DNA of 64,000 nucleotides from Alphaproteobacteria bacterium (GTDB lineage Bacteria; Pseudomonadota; Alphaproteobacteria; Bin95): NCBI GenBank assembly GCA_964291285.2, contig OZ219788.1, positions 96,001 to 160,000 of the forward strand, read 5' to 3'. Shown piece by piece: positions 59,741 to 64,000 of this stretch (position 1 is its first letter; each line of letters starts with the position of its first letter). The notes under the pieces were generated by a model. It saw only the letters and a program-made list of their open reading frames with translations, ran no database searches and was not told where the DNA came from. The position numbers and the translations under genes were made by a program.

Positions 59741-60576
59741 AAACCGGCGTCTTCATCTTCCCGACGGACTATTCCATCGACATCACCGAGCTCGCCGTCG
59801 CGCTGGAAGAGAGGGGCTTCGAGGCGCTTTTCGTGCCCGAGCACACCCATATCCCCACCAGCCGGCGCTCGCCCTTCCCGGCCGGCGGGCCGCTGCAGAA
59901 GCGCTATGCGCACACCCACGACCCCTTCATCGCGCTGTCCTTCGCGGCGGCGGCGACGGAGAAGCTGACCATCGGCACCGGCATCTGCCTCCTTGCCCAG
60001 CGGGACCCCATCGTGACCGCCAAGGTCGTTGCAAGCCTCGACCGGCTGTCCGGCGGGCGCTTCATCTTCGGCCTCGGCGGCGGCTGGAATGTCGAGGAGA
60101 TGGAAGACCACGGCGCGACCTACCGCACCCGCTTCGCGATCGTGCGCGAGCGCGTGCTGGCGATGAAGAAGCTCTGGACGGAGGACGAGGCGTCCTTCTC
60201 CGGCGAACATGTGTCCTTCGAGCCCTGCTGGTCCTGGCCGAAGCCCGTCCAGACGCCGAACCCGCCGCTGCTGATGGGCGGGGAGACCGACTACACGCTG
60301 CGCCGCGTGGTGGACTATTGCGACGGTTGGCTGCCGCGGCCGCGGCCGGGCTTCGACCCCAAGGTCGAGATGGATCGCCTGCGCGCCCATGCCGACGCCG
60401 CCGGGCGGGACATGTCCAGCCTGCAGGTCACGCTCTTCCGCGCGCCGCCGGACAAGGAGAAGCTCGCCGCCTGCCGCGAGGCCGGTATGGACCGCGCGCT
60501 GTTCGAGATACCGGACATGAGCCGCGACGAGGCACTCAGGCTGCTAGACGACTACGCGCCGCTGGCCGCCTGCTGA
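59737..60576 (+). CDS. LLM-class flavin/F420-dependent oxidoreductase (Rv2161c-like)
   Basis: EERGFEALFVPEHTHIP, DPF..L..AAA.T..L..GTGI.L..QRDP, LD.LSGGR..G.G.GWN.EE, PKP.Q.P.PP, DGW.P. Confidence 0.8.
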   Translation: MKTGVFIFPTDYSIDITELAVALEERGFEALFVPEHTHIPTSRRSPFPAGGPLQKRYAHTHDPFIALSFAAAATEKLTIGTGICLLAQRDPIVTAKVVASLDRLSGGRFIFGLGGGWNVEEMEDHGATYRTRFAIVRERVLAMKKLWTEDEASFSGEHVSFEPCWSWPKPVQTPNPPLLMGGETDYTLRRVVDYCDGWLPRPRPGFDPKVEMDRLRAHADAAGRDMSSLQVTLFRAPPDKEKLAACREAGMDRALFEIPDMSRDEALRLLDDYAPLAAC

Positions 60577-60581
60577 ACCCG

Positions 60582-62252
60582 TCAGGGCACGCCGACGGAA
60601 ATATCCAGCAGCGCCTGGCGGCCTTCCCCGGCCACCGCGTCGATGGCGCGGGCCAGCGCGTCCGGAAGGGCCTCCGGGTCCTCCACCCGTTCCCCGTGCC
60701 CGCCGCTCGCCTGCGCGATGAGGTCATAGCGCGGCGCGGGCTCCAGCGAGGTCAGCGGCATGACGTTGGCGCGGCTTGCATGGCCGTCCGGATAGACCGA
60801 CAGCGCCGCCCGCCGGACGGCGTTGTAGATGCCGTTGTTGAACACCAGCGTCAGCACCGGAAGGCCCAGCGAAGCGCCTGCCTGGTGGCAGGCGACGGGG
60901 TTGGCGAACATGTATGAGCCGTCGCCGATGCAGGCGACCGCCATGCGCTCCGGCCGTGCCAGTTTCGCACCCATCGCCGCCGGCAGACCCCAGCCGAGAC
61001 CGCCCGCCAGCGAGCCGCCGAAATAGCCGAGCGGATCGCGCACAGTGAGCGCCGGGAGCGGCACGCCCAGTTCATTGAAGATCATGGCACCGTCCGGCAG
61101 CGCCCGGTCGAGGCACCGCCCGACCCAGCCCGGCGACATCGGCGCGGACGCGCCGCCGGCTTCCGCAGCGGCGATGCGCGCCTCCCTCCCCTCGCGGCAG
61201 CGGCGGGCGACTTCTTTCCCCCGGCCCTTCGGTGGCGGCTCCATTTCGGCAGCCAGCGCCTCCAGCACGGCCGCCGGGTCCCCGGCAATGGCGACATCGG
61301 CAGGAAACCCGCGCATCGGCACGTCCGAAAACAGCGGGTCGGCACCGACCTGCACCACCTTGCAGCCGGGCCGGATATCCCGCTCGGCCGGCATCCAGGG
61401 CACCATCGCGTCCAGCACCAGCACGGCGTCCGCGCGCCCAAGCCAGGGGCCGGGATCGAAGCCGCCATGCATGGCGTGGTCGCCCGGCAGCGAGGCGCGG
61501 CTCGCCCAGAATTCCACCACCGGCATCGCGAACCGTTCGGCGAAATCGGCAAGCACCTGCCAGCCCGCGCCCCGGTTGGCGACGATCAGCGGCCGCTTAG
61601 CCACCGACAGCACCGCCGCTCCTTCGGCGATGGCGGCCGGATCCGGCAGGCCCGGGGACACCGGCTTCTGGCGCGGCTCCGGCGAGACGCTGAAGCCCGG
61701 CAGCGCCTCCGCCATGACCTCGCGCGGCATGGTGAAATAGACCGGGCCCCTGGGCGGCGTGGCGGCGACGGCGAGCGCGCGCTCCACCACCGCCTCCAAC
61801 TGGTCGGCGAGGCGTAGCTCATAGTCCCACTTGACCGCCTCGCGCAGCATCCCGGCCTGGTCGTACATGTCCTGGCCCCAGTGGATACCCCGGTCGCGCG
61901 CGCCCTTGCGGCCCTTCTCGGTGACGGGCGTGCGCCCGGCGGCCATGAAGATCGGCACATTGTCGCGCCGGGCGTTGATGAGGCCCATCAGCGCGTTGGC
62001 GGTGCCGACATTCACATGCGCCATGACGGCGGCCATCCGGCCCGACGCCTGCCAGTAGCCGTCCGCCATGCCGACCGCCACGGTCTCGTGCACGATGGTG
62101 TGCGGTGTCGGGAAGTCGAGCCCGGTCTCCCCGGCCCGCGCATAGGCCTCGACAATGGGTGCGAAGTCGGTGCCAGGATTGGCGAACAGCACATCCACGC
62201 CGCGCGCCTTCAGCAGCGCCAGGTAGGCCTCGGCGACGGTGATTTCGGTCAC
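60582..62252 (-). CDS. Thiamine pyrophosphate-requiring enzyme (acetolactate synthase/benzoylformate decarboxylase-like)
   Basis: FANPGTDF, HE..AV.MA.GY, HVNVGTAN, IHWGQ, KWDYE, TPP-binding GDGSY..NN; GTG start. Confidence 0.85.
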   Translation of the reverse strand: MTEITVAEAYLALLKARGVDVLFANPGTDFAPIVEAYARAGETGLDFPTPHTIVHETVAVGMADGYWQASGRMAAVMAHVNVGTANALMGLINARRDNVPIFMAAGRTPVTEKGRKGARDRGIHWGQDMYDQAGMLREAVKWDYELRLADQLEAVVERALAVAATPPRGPVYFTMPREVMAEALPGFSVSPEPRQKPVSPGLPDPAAIAEGAAVLSVAKRPLIVANRGAGWQVLADFAERFAMPVVEFWASRASLPGDHAMHGGFDPGPWLGRADAVLVLDAMVPWMPAERDIRPGCKVVQVGADPLFSDVPMRGFPADVAIAGDPAAVLEALAAEMEPPPKGRGKEVARRCREGREARIAAAEAGGASAPMSPGWVGRCLDRALPDGAMIFNELGVPLPALTVRDPLGYFGGSLAGGLGWGLPAAMGAKLARPERMAVACIGDGSYMFANPVACHQAGASLGLPVLTLVFNNGIYNAVRRAALSVYPDGHASRANVMPLTSLEPAPRYDLIAQASGGHGERVEDPEALPDALARAIDAVAGEGRQALLDISVGVP

Positions 62253-62268
62253 GGATGCGCCGCCACGC

Positions 62269-62769
62269 TCAGGCATCCGCCGGCTCGAAGCCCGGTTCGT
62301 CGCGGAAGCGCTCCTCGGTCCAGCGGGCGAGGTCGTCGTCGCTGAGCGCCGGGTCCCAGGCGGCGGCCTGCGGCTGGGCCACCTTCCAGGGCGTGTCGCA
62401 GAAGATCTCGATGCCGTTCTGCTCGGGGTCCTCGAAATAGATCGACCAGGTGTTGCCGTGGCTGCGGGGGTTGTAGGAGACCCCTTCCGCATCCAGCGCC
62501 GCCGCCATGCCGCGCAGCGCCGCAAGGCCCTCGATGCGGAACGCCGCGTGGTTGACGCTGTTGGAGGGGCCGGCCTCCTTCCTGCCGTCGATGAAGGCGA
62601 CCTGGTGGTGTTCCTCCGGGTCCTGGCTGAGGAAGACGATCTCCCTGTCGTCGTCCGGGCGGAGCGGCCCCCGGTCCGTCACCTCGAAGCCCAGCACGTC
62701 CGTGTAGAACGCCAGCATCCGCTCCGCGTCCTCGACATAGAGCACCATGTGGGACCATGCGAGCGCCAT
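62269..62769 (-). CDS. VOC family protein (extradiol dioxygenase/glyoxalase-like)
   Basis: SHMVLYV.D..FY..VLGF.VTD, FLS.DP.EHHQ, NHAAF, HGN.WSIYF.DPE.N.IE. Confidence 0.8.
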   Translation of the reverse strand: MALAWSHMVLYVEDAERMLAFYTDVLGFEVTDRGPLRPDDDREIVFLSQDPEEHHQVAFIDGRKEAGPSNSVNHAAFRIEGLAALRGMAAALDAEGVSYNPRSHGNTWSIYFEDPEQNGIEIFCDTPWKVAQPQAAAWDPALSDDDLARWTEERFRDEPGFEPADA

Positions 62770-62783
62770 CGCCTCTACTCCCG

Positions 62784-64000
62784 CTATTCCGCCGCCATGC
62801 GTTTAGCTTGCCGTCTGCGCTCGTGGATGTCGAGGTAACGCTTGCGCAGGCGCACGGCGTTCGGCGTCACCTCCACCAGCTCGTCGTCGGCGATCCAGGC
62901 GATGGCGCGCTCCAAGGCCATGTCCTGCGGCGGCGAGAGCAGGATGGCGTCGTCCTTGCCGGCGGCGCGGAAATTGGTCAGTTGTTTCGACTTGAGCGGG
63001 TTGACCTCGATGTCCTGGCCGCGCGCGCATTCGCCGATCACCATGCCGCCATAGACGGGCTCGCCCGGCGCGATGAAGAGTCGCCCCCGCTCTTCCAGGT
63101 TCCAGAGCGCATAGGCCGCCGCCATGCCCCGCTCCAGCGAGACCATGACGCCGCGCCGCCGCCCGGCCATCCGTCCCTTCCAGGGCGCGTAGCCGTGGAA
63201 CAGGCGGTGCAGCACCCCGGTGCCGCGCGTGTCCGCCAGGAACTCGCCGTGATAACCGATGAGCCCGCGCGAGGGCGCATGGAACACCAGCCGCTGGCGC
63301 CCGGCGCCGGTCGGGCGCATGTCGGTCATCTCCGCCTTGCGCACGCCCATCTTCTCGACGACCGCGCCGGCGTGCCCGGAGTCCACATCCACCGTCACTT
63401 CCTCGATCGGCTCCAGACGCCGGCCCGTCCCCGGATCAGTCCCGAACAGGACGCGCGGGCGGGAGACCGAGAGTTCGAAGCCCTCGCGCCGCATGGTCTC
63501 GATCAGCACCGCCATCTGGAGCTCGCCCCGTCCGGCGACCTCGCAGGCGTCCTTCTCCGCGCTCTCGGTCACACGGATGGCGACATTGCCTTCCGCCTCG
63601 CGCATGAGCCGGGCGCGGATTTCGCGCGAGGTCAGCTTGTCGCCGTCCTGCCCGGCGAGCGGGGAGTCGTTGACGGAGAGCGTGAGGGCCAGCGTCGGCG
63701 GGTCGATGGGCCGCGCGGGCAGAGGGCGCAGGACTTTCGGCGCGGCCAGCGTGTCGGCGACCGTCGCCGTCTGGAGCCCGGCGACCGCAACGATGTCGCC
63801 CGCAACCGCGCGCTCGACCGGAACGCGGTTGAGGCCCCGGAAGGCCAGCAGGCGGGTCGTCCGGGCGCGCTCCACCGTGCCTTCGCCTGGCCGGAGCACA
63901 TGGACCTCCCGGTTGGCGCCGATCTCGCCGCTCTCGATCCGCCCGGTCAGAACCCGGCCGAGATAGGGGTCCGACTCCAGAATGGCCGCCGCCATGGCGA
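62784..64000 (-). CDS. typA: Translational GTPase TypA/BipA (5' part outside window)
   Basis: DPYLGR..TGR, VNDSPLAG..G.K.TSR, V.GRGELQ..L.E.MRREGFE, PSRGLIG, K.LTN.RA.GKDD, DDELVEVTP..RLRK. Confidence 0.95.
   Translation of the reverse strand, partial: AMAAAILESDPYLGRVLTGRIESGEIGANREVHVLRPGEGTVERARTTRLLAFRGLNRVPVERAVAGDIVAVAGLQTATVADTLAAPKVLRPLPARPIDPPTLALTLSVNDSPLAGQDGDKLTSREIRARLMREAEGNVAIRVTESAEKDACEVAGRGELQMAVLIETMRREGFELSVSRPRVLFGTDPGTGRRLEPIEEVTVDVDSGHAGAVVEKMGVRKAEMTDMRPTGAGRQRLVFHAPSRGLIGYHGEFLADTRGTGVLHRLFHGYAPWKGRMAGRRRGVMVSLERGMAAAYALWNLEERGRLFIAPGEPVYGGMVIGECARGQDIEVNPLKSKQLTNFRAAGKDDAILLSPPQDMALERAIAWIADDELVEVTPNAVRLRKRYLDIHERRRQAKRMAAE

Overview
High-GC (roughly 70% by eye) Alphaproteobacterial chromosome segment, Rhodospirillales-like judging from the ubiG<>lysC-NMO-ptsP-rodZ-ispG-hisS-prfA-prmC gene order. 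The left half is accessory metabolism: gapdh-arsJ arsenate detoxification, a Dpp/Opp ABC transporter with N-carbamoylase, thyX carrying a 32-aa insertion, a flavin hydroxylase with an acyl-CoA dehydrogenase pair, and hydantoinase/oxoprolinase AB. The right end is mostly housekeeping, plus a UbiG fused to a nitrile-hydratase-beta-like domain. The most striking structure is 32.3-44.3 kb. A ~10 kb molybdate/tungstate uptake cluster (modABC, MOT1-type permease, tupBCA, a type II ABC system, and an excisionase-HTH/PBP regulator) is bracketed by two inward-facing copies of a composite element. Each copy has an identical extended -10 promoter-like block, a conserved ~210-230 nt GC-rich leader, an ORF, and 10-bp-phased CATGACA repeats. 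The left copy encodes an orphan phage small-terminase-like protein. The right copy carries a REP-like palindrome doublet instead. No transposase, integrase, other phage gene, rRNA, tRNA or CRISPR array was recognised. All product calls come from motif recognition by eye, not database searches, and start codons are best guesses.
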